Origin: Tricharina praecox
Lineage: Eukaryota
DNA: 64,000 nt
NCBI RefSeq assembly: GCF_024521635.1
Contig: NW_026250416.1
Coordinates: forward strand, 124,001-188,000
Reading direction: 5' to 3'
The notes under the pieces are model-generated. The model was not told the origin of the DNA and did not search any database. It saw only the letters and a program-made list of their open reading frames with translations. The position numbers were made by a program, and so were the translations under genes. Positions 52,515 to 64,000 of the stretch are shown here, one piece after another; position 1 is the first letter of the stretch; each line of letters starts with the position of its first letter.

Positions 52515-55500
52515 ATGGTAGTCGTCGTTGTAGCTACCATCTGCGCCCTGGCGTGGTGAGTGAGCGACTGAATGGCTGGCTAGGAAGAAGAAGGGGGGAG
52601 AGAGAGGAGGGGAGGGCTGATTGAGAGCAGGATGTGCTACCGCGTCTCGTCACTTCTGAACATCCCCATCCCGACGCTGGTGAAGGTCCTAGGATTGGAT
52701 TTGCCCGCGCCCCCGAGGGTCTCGCTGCATGGCGTGTCCGCCGATACCATCACGCTGCACTGGTCGCTGCCGGAGAAGGCGGGGTCAGTGGCGAAGCACA
52801 TCATCCAGATCAACGGGATAAATGGTACGCGCCTTACCCGCGTCAGGGACGAGGACCATTGCTGATGGACATATCCTACATAGTCGGCGAGAGCGAGAAA
52901 CGCGGCGAAACCAGCGTGACAGTGACGGGGCTCAATCCGGACCAACGCTACAACGTGCGGGTGATCGCCGCGAACGCGCAGAACTTCCAGGCGCCGGGAC
53001 AGCTGATCCGGCTGCGGACGTGTGCGAAGTCGCGGGGTGCCGCGGCAAGTGACAGTGGCGGGACGCACAGGGGCGATTCCTCCGATGATGCGCCTTCCGT
53101 GCATTCCGTGCTGGACGTTCCGCCGCCCCCGTCGCCGTCGCCCCTGGGTACAGTGCACAATATGCACGCGCAGAATCATTCGAGGAGGAGTGTGAGGGAA
53201 CGGCGCGGGTCCCCCGCCACGTTGGAGCAGAGCAATGCGCACAGTGTCAATGCGCCGGTGGCCCAGGATGATCAACACACGGTCGCGTCGTTGACGAGGG
53301 ATCTGGATGCGGTGCGGAGAGAGATTCAAGAGACGGAAGCGCAGCTGCTTCATACCGAGGAGGAGTATAAATCTGCAGAGGCTATCCTGCGTTCCGAGCT
53401 CGATACGTTGAAGAATAAGAAGAACGAGGAAGATGCTGGCAGGCAGAGGATTCGGGCGGAGACAAAATCGCTGGAGGAGGCCAGGAGGGCAGCGGAGGCG
53501 ACGAGGACCCGCACGGAGAAAGCGCTGAAAGCGAAGGAATATGAAATCAAGAAGATGCAGGATGACATGGCTCGGTGGGAAGAGGAAAAGATAGCCACGT
53601 TGGAGAAGGTGGAGGCGATCTCGACCGCTGCACGGGAATCCAAGGAGAATGCGGAATCAACGGGAAAGGAATTGGCCAATGATATTCGAGAAACTCAACG
53701 GCAGATTTCTGAGATGGAGGAAGAGATCAGGTCTCTGGTGGCGACCATGAAGAGTTTGGAGACTCAGAAGGAACAACTCAAAGTCGAGGAGGACGAAGAG
53801 GCCCAAAGAGACAGGGAGGAGCATGAAAAAGACAGGCTCTGGGCGGACCGGCAGAGACATCTGGAGATGCGATATGTAGCGGTTTACAGTGCTTTTCAAG
53901 CGGTCAGTGACGCTTGTTTTATCTCCCTTCTCGCCACTTTCCACTGATGGTGTATGCTTGTAGGCCGAGATAGAATTCATCAGATCTCGTGAAGTTTTGA
54001 TGAATCTTCAAGAGCGCAGAGAGAGTGGTTCCGGGGCAGATTCGATACAGAAGAAGCCCAAGCAGCGCCGTAATCGCAACCGTAAACCACGTGCTCAGGC
54101 GGGCTCTTCATCTTCCAATGCTTATCCCATACACGAATCCGGCATGCAAGAGGGGACCCATTTTAACATGCAATTCCAGCAGATCAGTCCCACCTTCTCG
54201 AATAGCATTCCGTCGAGCCCGTTCTTTAATATTGCCAACGGTACAGTTACCGGTCCTGCTGAGATGCCCGGTTCGGAAGCTGGTCCGATCATGGATCCGT
54301 ACATGGACGCAGATTCGGACGGTTACCTCGGTGGTACCCCAATGAGCCCCACGGCAAACTCTCTGCTTCCATCCAACCTTTTTTCCTTTGAAGATGCTCC
54401 TCCAAGTCTCAGAGATTCACCGATTGAGGATGATAACGAAACCCGCCGCCTGCGTTTCGACAAGGGCTTTGTGGTCCCGCAGTCGCCAATGACTTCAACA
54501 TCGGTTTCGACGTCGCCGAGGAGTAGCTTCAATCACATCCCTTTGTTTTCGAACCTCCCCCCTGGAGCCAGGGACTCGCATCATCACCGTGAATCCTCGG
54601 ACAGGGACACGTCCTTATCCCGAAGCGGCAGCAACCGCCTCAGTATGGTTGGCGATGGTGAGAGTGCCGCGCCGAAATCCAATTCCCGGCGCTTTGTCAA
54701 CCTCTTCTCGAATTCGTTCAATCGGCAGCGCGGCAAGACTGTCGGGTTTGATGGTGGACCCCCCATGTTGGGGCAGATACAGCCGGCTGAAACGCATTCT
54801 TTCCCCAAGAACGATCCACCTGGCTTGGATCCTATCGGCACGCGTCGCCGCAGCGGGTCTCACGGGTCGTGGGCGAATAGCCTCGACTTTCTCAACGGAC
54901 GAACGAAGGCCACGGCCCTTGGACGAACGAATTCTGACCACTCCCGTCGCTCAGCTACGTTCAACCAGTTCAATCCATCGTTCGATCCCATAGATCCGAA
55001 CCGACTGTTTGATCGGCCTGCATCTCCGCGCCCGTCGTCCATCGCATCATTCGACAACCCCCTCCCAGCACCCTCATCCGATGCATCCGCCGCATTCGGC
55101 TGGCCTTCAGCCGATTTCATCAATCATTCCCATGGCAGCAGACTCATGGGCGGCAACTACTGGGCAGATTTTCACACTGGCCGTGTATCGTCATCCCGGC
55201 CGGTATCTCGGCCCATCACCCCCAACGCCGCGAACGCCGCGAACGCCTCAACCTCGTCACTCTCGCTCTTCCCCAGCCAGTCGTACTTCGCCTCATCCAA
55301 CAACGGCCGTCCCGTCACCCCGCGCCTCAACCCTGCCGCACCCACCTTCCAGAGCCGCATGAACACGCCGGTCCGCCTCCCGGGCACGGACGACCGCGAC
55401 TCGATCAGCGTCAACACGGACATCTCGGGCGCATCCGGCGCCAGCCTTGAGCACGTGGCGACCAAGGAAAGCATCCTCTCGCGCTTCTCGTCGCTGAGCC

Positions 55501-55970
55501 GCAAGGGCAGCACGAGCAAGTTCAACATCTCGTGGGGCCGCGGGAAGAAGAAGGATGCGGTGGACGACGAGCTCGCCGAGGAAGTGGTCAGCGCCGCCTC
55601 CTCGTCAAAGGGCAGCCTGTGGACTGCCTGGAAGAAGGAGGGCGAGGATCACAGTGAAGATGATGAGGGCAAGGGACTGGGACAGGGACGGCTTACGCCC
55701 TTGGCTAAGGAGAGCTCGCCGTGGCTCAAGGGAAGCCAGAGTGGTTTCTTTGGGGCTATTGGGAGGAGCTCGAAGAAGGCCGAGTCGATCGCTGAGGATG
55801 AGAAGGAGAGGGATGGCGAGAAGGTGAAGGATAAGGACGAGGGCGAGAAAAAGGAGAAGGGACTGGGCATCTTTAGGAGGAAGGCCGAGAAGGAGAAGGA
55901 GAAGGATAAGGGCAAGGAGAAGGAGAAGGAGAAGGAGGGAGCTTCAGTTAAGGAGGCGGTTGTAGAATAG
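52515..55970 (+). CDS. Uncharacterised protein: N-terminal hydrophobic anchor, fibronectin type III domain, long coiled coil, low-complexity tail
   Basis: MVVVVVATICALAWMCYR, then FN3-like PAPPRVSLHGVSADTITLHWSLP...VTVTGLNPDQRYNVRVIAANAQ. An E/K/R-rich heptad region spans ~53290-53900. Three GT-AG introns join the ORFs in frame. Confidence 0.85.
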
Positions 55971-56256
55971 TGTAATTAGTTTGTTTCTGTATATACCTTT
56001 TCCCCATACGTTACGTGAAGATACCTAATCACCAATCCATGGAATTGAAGTCTTGTTTTTCGCTCGCCCGGTCTCAACCATACAATCACAGTATACCTAG
56101 TAGACAGTCCAGGAAGAATCAATAACTTTTATAGTCCCTTGAAAGAAACAGAAAAACCTAATAACGCCAGAGGTATGTGAGAGGTATGTACATTATTCCA
56201 CTCCTCCCCCGCTCTTTCCCATCTCCCCTCGTTCCCATCTCCCCACCACCCCCCGC

Positions 56257-56881
56257 TCAAGCCAGCAAATCATAATCATCGACCTCATTCCGATACTTCA
56301 TGATATGGCCCCTGATCTTGCTTCCATCGACCCAGGTAACAAAGTCCTCCATATTCCTGGTGACGATATAGGCCGTATCGGTAACCACTTCCGGCCCCAC
56401 CCTGACATGTCCCTGCTCAACGAGCTTACTCGCCGCCTGCACCGTTTCCGCCATCCTCAACCTAGTCATCACGACCGGCAGTCTCCGCCTACACACCGCC
56501 GCCACAGTCACTTTATTCTCGACGTCGCTCATCTTGGTCTTCTGCGCGAGAATTCCCATGGCGTGCAGCTTCTCGAGGAGAAGGGCCTCGTGACGCTGCC
56601 GGAATGCGTCCGTGGGTGGCAGGAGGGCAAGACGGTGCGCGAGGTGCCGCACGGATCCGCATAACTTGTTGTATTTGTGGTACGTCTCCACAGAGCTGAT
56701 GTGGTACCGCCGCATTACGTCGTGCGAGCGGTGGCCCGAGTCGGATTTCCAGGTTAGGAAATCGACTTTGCGGAGGAGCCTAGAGCGGGTTAGAACTGCT
56801 GGGACTGCTGGGGACCGCTGGGGATGGGGGGATAGGGAAGACGACGCACTTCGACTCGTGGTGCTTGAGTTTGCGGACCAT
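56257..56881 (-). CDS. IMP3: U3 snoRNP / SSU processome protein Imp3 (S4 domain), 2 exons
   Basis: [56 protein letters not shown]. Intron at 56780-56849. Confidence 0.95.
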
Positions 56882-58342
56882 TGTGTTGTTTTGCTGTGGT
56901 GGTGGTGGGGTGGGTGGTGAGGTGCGGCGGTGGTGGGGTGCTGGTTGGTGAGGTGCACCAGGTGAGGTGAGGTTAAGTTTTTGAGCAGAGGCGCGGTGCT
57001 GGGATTATAGTAGAGTTGCTTGGCAGGGCGTTGGTTCCCCGTGCCGACAGTCGAGCGCTAGTACTAGGCAGTATATCGAGTCAACTACCAACATCAGACT
57101 CACGATATCCATGAAGTACAATACAGACATTCCATTCCATTCCATCCCAATCCCGCCGCCACATGATACATCAATTTAGGTATCGACCTAAGTGTCTAGG
57201 TAGCCATAGCTAGCCAGCCTATGTAGAGTAGAGTACAATACAATACAGTCCGTCCGCCCACCTTCGTCCGTCCGCCCACCTTCGTCCGTCCGCCCATCTT
57301 TCCGCAAAGCCACACAAAAACAAAGAAACAAAAAGTTCATCACCACGCCTTGAGCTGCCGTTCATTATCCCATCCAATCCGTCCAATCCGTCCAGTCCCA
57401 CCAGATCCAGTAAACTCAGACCGCCACCATAACAAAACAAAGCAATTGCTCACGCCCTACCAGTGGTAATAATGATACTTTAAAGAACAAGAAAAGAGAA
57501 AAGAAAGAGAAAAAGAGAGAAAAAAAGAAAAGGGAAAGCATTTTTCTACAAGCACACCCCACCTACCCACCATCCCCCCATATTCAATCCAATCGAAAGC
57601 TCAAGTCGGCCCATAAAAATAGAGAAAACAATGAAAAACCCCGCCAGAGCAAAAATAGAGCAAACCCCGCCAGAATTGGAAAAAAAATAGGACAGTCGTA
57701 AGAACATGAAGCGTAGAGTATCGAGGGGAAAAGGGAAAGGAAAGCAGAGTACAAGTGACAATACGAGAGAGAGCACAAAAAAACAAAGCAGACAGCAAAG
57801 ATTCCCAGAAGATGCACCTGCGCCCCTGTTGTAAGAAGACATAAACGAAAGAGAAAGAGAAAGAGAAAGAAAAAAAGAAAACCCCCCGCGCAAAAAAAAA
57901 AGGTGTGAGGGTCTTGCACTGCAGGTGTGACAAGACCTTACGGGGCAACAGAAAGATAACATCATGAAAGAAAAAAGAAATCAGATCAACAGAGCGCTGG
58001 ATGAACAGGCAACTGCAGATGTTGGGAATCAGAAGCAACAACCAGAAAGCAGACCAAATGACGGAAACCTTTATGCCCAAGAATAAACCGAAGAAAAAAG
58101 AAATCTCAAGTCCCGGGGCCCATCGTAAACAACCCCCCCCCCCGAGGTGGCCGGGTTGGTTGATACGAAACCCAAAGTTCGTGCTGCACACTTCACAACA
58201 GGAACTCGAGACGATCCAGAAGCAACCCAACAGTAATGGCAAATCATAGAACTTGCGCAAGCATATTCGACTCATGTATGTACTCGGATGGCAGTAGAGA
58301 GGCTACGATCCCCCAAAACACCCAGTTGATCCGTGGCCGTCT

Positions 58343-61188
58343 TCACAAGTCCATCTCGAAATCATCCTCCGCCAGTCGACGCATGCGTGGTGCCGGGCTG
58401 TGGTCATGCACCGAGTCGAACATATCTCTTGGACCCCAGAGACCTTCAAATATCGTCGCAGGTGACCGTCTCCTCTCGTCCACCCAACGAAGTTCCTCGG
58501 TTTGGAGCAGTTGCGTCGCAGTGGGCCTAGCCTCAGGATCCTGAGCAATCATGCACTTGACAAGAAGTTCCAATCCATTTTCTTCCATGAACCGGGGCGG
58601 CTGCGCCAGATGGCCAGGTTTAGGGTTGTGCAATAGGGTTCCCCTCCTTGGCCTGTTGCCCAAACGTCTGGGAGTGGGAGACTCAGGCCCCTGGTCAATC
58701 GAAGACGAGACATCCACGCTCGGTGCGAATTCTTCGACAAGCTCTGTTACGATCGGGTTGCCTTTGTCGTCGCGATGCACAAACTCTCCGGACGAACTGG
58801 TGCTCAGAATCGGGGCGACACTTATGTCACCCTTGCGCAAACTTTCCCACTCCGGGCCGTACGGCGGCAGTGCTTCGTTGCCCGCAATCTCAATCATACA
58901 GACGCCCAGAGAGAAGATGTCTCCCGGTTGACCCGGCTTCCGATCCAATACTTCCTGCGCAATGTACGCTCGGTCACCCTCTTTCTCAACATCGAACTCG
59001 GCAGGGCACCTCATTGCCATACCGAAATCTCCAATCTTCAAGGAACCCTCGGATGTGATGAAAACGTTGCCAGGCTTGAGATCAAGGTGCATGAAGCCCA
59101 TTTCGTGGATGTACTGGACGCCCTAAATTTCAAAATTAGCAGAAGAGACAATGCAGCGGATGCAGCCCAACGTACCATGCACAACTCCAAGAGCATCTTC
59201 CATACACGAAACTCGTCCAACCGACCTTTCTCACCGTGTTGTTCCAGAAACTTGTCCAAGCTGCCACCTTCACAGAACTCCGTCTGAATGCAAAGACGGC
59301 CACCCTCATCTATCCAGTGATTCTCGTAGCTCACCACATGCGCATGCCGGGCCAGTTCCTTCAATATCAGAACTTCCAGCATCCGTTCTCTCCGGTCTCT
59401 AGGACCCAGAAACTTGTTTTTAGCCCTTTTGACAGCATAGACCTGTGGTATCCGAGGCTCCCGCTCGACTGGAGATGAAGAGAAGCCGCTCTCGGAGGAT
59501 CGGCCAGGCGTAAACAGCCCGTGGGAGTGTCCATTCTTTTCGGTAACCCGATACACCTCCGAAAACTGCCCGGTTCCGATGTGCTTGACCTCAGCGAATC
59601 TGGAATGCAAACTCATTCCATCTTCGGTAAGCGTCATGTCAGGGAAAACTGGAGAGCTAGTTGTTCCCCATTTGAGGCTGGGATGATCTCGGGCTGGCGT
59701 CACTGGCAAAGGAGTCACCGAGCTGCGGTTGCTGGGTAGAGGATCGTATTTGTATACCTTTCCGGATATGGATAGGCTGCTCGGATCCGGAGGAATAATA
59801 TTGTCCCGCGGAGTTTTCGGACTGGCGAAACGAGGAGTGTTGGCGCGTGTTTTTGGTCCACTCGCTTGAACAGTATCAACCCAGCGCTCGCGGGCAAGGG
59901 CGGGGGTGCGGGATTTCTCACGAACGGGCGACGTGCGGGCCCGCTTGTTCACCGTGAACACGCTACCATCGTCGAAGTCATTCCATGTTTTCTTGGTCGG
60001 CGTTGGCGGGAGTTCGTAGTCACAGCTAGACTGAGTCGACGCGTCGAGGTCGTCACCGTCGGTACTTGTGAAGCTGTCCCTGCGGCCCAAAGCCTTGCCA
60101 CCGGAAGTACCGAACGGTGCCGGCGTGCGAGGACTACCCAAGTCGCCCATTGGGATCCGAGCGCCGATGCGCTTAGTCTGGAATGCTGATCCGGGAAAGG
60201 CCGTGGTTCGTTTACATGGCGTATCTGGCTGAGGGCCGTGTTCCTTGTCCGTGTCGAGCGGGCGGCCCCGTTTAGGAACAAAGCCGGTCGAATGGAATGC
60301 CATAATGTTTGGTTTCGCCGACTTATAGTTCTGCGGGGTCATCCAATCATTCAGCTGGTTGGCTCCGCCTCCAGCACCACCGAAAGCGGCCGATCTCGCC
60401 AACGGGTGGACATGGGGGTGAATCGATGCGTTGGGCAGCGGGGCAGTGCGCGTCGCGAACGGCGAGTCGCGATGCATGGGAGCGAGAAAGTTTTCAACCG
60501 ACGTGACGCGTCTCATCCTGGCCGTCGTGTCGGAGGCGGATGAGAAGTCGATCTGCTGTCGTGCCTGTGGTCGCGATCGCACGTAACTGGGCTTCTCCAA
60601 GACGTGACCCGTTGACTTTCTAAGACCGGCGGGGCGTTTCGGTGGTGATCGCGTGCCGAAGGACGGGGAGCCGAACACAGGAGGCTTCTGCTTGCTGAGA
60701 GAGGGGTAATACCCCATATGGGATGACCTTCGTTTTGCAACGGGAGAGCCACGGCTCGCGTCATCGTCTCCGCTCATCATTCCATCGCTTCTCTTTAAAG
60801 GACTGGTGCTTCCCGGTCGACCCAACATGGTGCTGTTGCTGGTGGTGTCGGGACAAAGGGCAGATGTGCGCCTTTGAGCTGTCTGATCCCGTGGGCTAGA
60901 GAGAGGGCTGCACGACCCCGATCGCAATGTCATACCACCTGAATTCATACTGTTATTTGATGTGAGCGACAAGGGAAGCTTTGCGGGGCTGTTCGAACCC
61001 GCGCGAGGTTTTGTAGGAGTGGTCCGTTTCGAAGCCGAGCGCGTTCTAATCGAGGAGGGTATCGTTAAGGCGAAGGCCGAGCAGGAAGTCGGAGAGTGGC
61101 GGAGGAGGTGTGTCGGAGAGGTTGTCGTTGATGGTGAGAAAAGCGATGTATCGCCGTGGTGGCGGTGCGGGGAGAAGGAGGAAACCAT
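58343..61188 (-). CDS. WEE1: Wee1/Swe1/AnkA CDK-inhibitory kinase, 2 exons
   Basis: SP/TP-rich N-terminus, TPQNYKSAKPNIMAFHSTG motif, IGTGQFSEVY, IQTEFCEGGSL, RLDEFRVWK, HLDLKPGNVFIT, KIGDFGMA, and the Wee1-specific EGDRAYIA. Confidence 0.95.
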
Positions 61189-61874
61189 TTGAAGTTGACG
61201 GTGGTGGTGGACTTACGGAGTGACGGTGGTTGGTCGAGGAGGTTGCGGCGGGTGTTGTGCGATGTCGCGCAAAAAACGGGCGTGGGTGTGTAGCTGTTGC
61301 AGGTGTGTGGGTGTAATGTGTGTGTAATGTGTTTAAGTGTGGAGTAGTCGGAGGGGAGGGGTCGTGAAGCCAGTCGGCAGGGTATGGTGGGTGAGTTTGC
61401 GGTGAAACAAAGCAAAGCGAGCGAGCAGTAGCTTTGGTGGCAAGTTAGGGTTGCTGGCTTCTCAAGTGCAAAGTGGTCGTCGAAGTGCGAAGTGCGCCTT
61501 GGAGCCTGCTGTCGAGGTGAAGAAGAAGTTTTGTTTCGTGTTGGAGACTTTTGGTACGAGAGGCAATCGATCGTGTGATCGGCGTGCTGCGTTGTTTGAT
61601 GTGCGTGTTGTGCCGCTCGATGGAAGGGTCCGATCTGAGGATGCGCGAGAGAAATAGAGTAGCGTGGGATGAATGCACCGAGTGATATCAGCGCTGTTAG
61701 ACGAGCGACTGTATTTACTGCTGTTGCTGCTGCGCCCGATAGATTCTCAGATACTTGAAGAAATGAATCACTCAACCGCCGACGGCTTCAAGATATGTAG
61801 AAGCAAACGAGTGACTAGGTAGGCCTGCCGAACCGCCGTTGTTCGTGGGAATGTTTGTAGATGCCTATTCGAGA

Positions 61875-62230
61875 TTGGGCGCGCAGACAACCAAGCGAAG
61901 CGCTGTACCGGCAAACAGGTCTGAAATGTCCGCACCGAGGTGAAGCCGCTGTCGTGACGCGGGCGCGCGTGTCGCCGCGCTCTACACTGCGGTCTCCGAT
62001 GGATTACTGCGCGCAATCCCCTCAGAAGAGCGCGTGGTGGAAGGGCAATGGCGGTCACGGTGCGTGCGAGCGAGCGGCTGATATGTGCGGGCGCGCGAGG
62101 ACAGGTTCGGGGCTTCCCCTAGCAAGGCTCGGGGTCCATCGAGCGGACGCGGAAGAAGTTGCGAAAGCGCTGATTCGAAGGATGTAACGCGACGAAGGCG
62201 GTGGGGGCACGGGCGCGGGCGCGCAACGAA
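61875..62230 (-). promoter_or_regulatory. CGCG-rich (MCB-like) cluster upstream of WEE1
   Basis: Many CGCG cores in ~350 bp (e.g. GACGCGGGCGCGCGTG, AGCGCGT, TAACGCGA). SWE1/mik1-type genes are G1/S SBF/MBF targets in yeasts. Confidence 0.4.
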
Positions 62231-64000
62231 GAGTAGGCGGACAGGCGGACAGGTCAGATGGTGCGATTCGAGATGCCGTACTGGACTGCTGCCAGCTCTA
62301 TCTAATCTAGGATGAGATGGGGAGGGCTCGGAGGCTCGGAGCAAGGGCTATTTGGTGTCAAGTATCCAGTGTCTTCGTCGCGACCGTGAATCCGTGGTTG
62401 CAATTGTGTATAGACGGAATTGGACTCGAGTGAAACCTGAACGGCAACCGATATGTAGAGCACAAAGGGAGGGAGGGGGCACCCGCAGCTGTGAAATCTG
62501 CAAACTGGGTTGCAGTGCAGCATTTTTAGTGCCCGATGGCAGTCGGCAAGGGTGGCGATTGGCGGTAACGATGGCGGGTGTCAAAATCAAAACAAACAAC
62601 TCGAAATCAAAACATTAGCACACACTAGCGAGCCACGATACCGACCGACCAACCAACCGTGGATTCACCACATCGCAATCCAAGTCTGGAATACCGACAC
62701 TGGCATCAACTTTGATTTCCAACACGCTGTGCGATCTATCGGTCTAGGTGCCTTCCGCCAGGGGATGAACGGTGTCCAATACGTTGCAACCCACAATTGA
62801 GAGCTAAGGAACATCAAGGAAACAAGTACAGACTCCCACGCATTCCGAGTATCCCACCTACCGACCTGACAACAGGCTCAAGGCAGTGGCCCACTCCATT
62901 GCCCTTCGTCTGGGCAATGATCTAAAGAGCGTAAGGGGGATCTCCATCACGCAAGTGAGGTGGAAGTACCTCAAAAAGCCCAAACAGCACCACAATACCG
63001 GACTACCTCCTCCCCCGGCTGAGGGCCATCCCATATGCAGTACAAATCTGTCTTGACTTGAGTTTTGTTTTACATAGTACCAGAGAAACACGGCACACTC
63101 CTGTTTTCACTCGGACATACAGAGGAGACCATCAAGTAGTTGAGTGATATAACATGTCCAACAGCTCGATGCAGGCTAAGGGTGGATAGACACTTGAGTC
63201 TCGAGTGCCTGCCTAGGCGTGCACATAAGCGAGTGAGCGGGGAGGTTGTTACATGTGCTTACACCGCATAAGGGTACCAGTCTCTGGTGCTGCTACTGTC
63301 CCGCATCCTGCTCTGCGGGGCTTCATCATGATATATGACTCGGAGGGGTTGAGAGCGCCGAGAAATCTGCATCATTTTGACGTTGCTTTTCTCCATCCCC
63401 GCGGAGCTGGTAGGAAAGGTTAGGTTGTGATCGCCATACATATGCGACAATAAATTGATAGTCTATCTCTCTATGACATTGCTTTTTGCTCGTCATTAGT
63501 TATCGGCTCCGAGAATAAATCTTCCGGTCTAAAGGTCAGATATATAGTAGTAACTATCGTATTCCTCTCTGTTTCGGGGGACAACTTTCACAAGTTTAGA
63601 TTTGACGCCGAATTACCATCTAAAAGCTGACTATGGAAGAGCGGGAATTCATAACTCAATAATAAGCACGCAGACACCTAACAAAGATCCATGATCAAAA
63701 GTTAGAAGTATCTATCCCCCCATAATACCTATTGATTGCCAGGCGGTGCTGAGAGATTGAATATCAATTCTGTGCTGACCATGTATCTGGTAATCACTGC
63801 TTTGTGCGCGCGCGTATTTCGCCAATGGCGAGCTAATATACGGTGGAATCAAAAAGAAATGGAGTGATGGATGTTGACTCTCGCTGACGGGCCTAACGAA
63901 GAAAAGTCCCGCCCGCCCGCGGTAGAGGGTAAGATGCCGAGGGGCGCATTGATGGCCGTACCGCAAATTCTTCGCCGACATGTGGACTTGCAGCAGGTAC

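Noticed and set aside
52637-53353. 238-aa antisense ORF, and similar antisense ORFs over wc-2 and the dsRBD gene
   Set aside because: Shadow frames of GC-rich coding sequence on the opposite strand.
62800-64000. Short open frames at the right end, possibly a gene or transposon relic
   Set aside because: No recognisable domain, terminal repeat or coherent splice model.

Overview
Gene-dense, intron-rich euchromatin from a filamentous ascomycete. Pezizomycetes is a tentative inference from gene style only. Supported genes, in order: 5' end of a possible ELL-like elongation factor (-), RAD50 (+), RAD1 9-1-1 clamp subunit (-), a four-exon OST5 missed by the ORF track (-), GCN5 (+), white collar-2 (+), CHK1 (+), a DH-PH RhoGEF (-), NAS2 (+), a three-dsRBD protein (-), NAM8/NGR1-like RRM protein (+), PAH1/lipin (-), an FN3/coiled-coil protein (+), IMP3 (-) and WEE1 (-). 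Intergenic DNA is rich in microsatellites and holds two PIF/Harbinger-type MITEs. Most notable: (1) the RAD50 start codon appears to be assembled by splicing via a 2-nt microexon (AT|GT|CG); (2) the NAM8 stop codon overlaps a weak 5' splice site followed by a U-rich intron, which gates a C-terminal extension and suggests autoregulation; (3) RAD50, RAD1, CHK1 and WEE1 lie together with GCN5 and wc-2; (4) Rad1 carries an N-terminal TQ cluster. All gene models were spliced by eye and no database searches were run.
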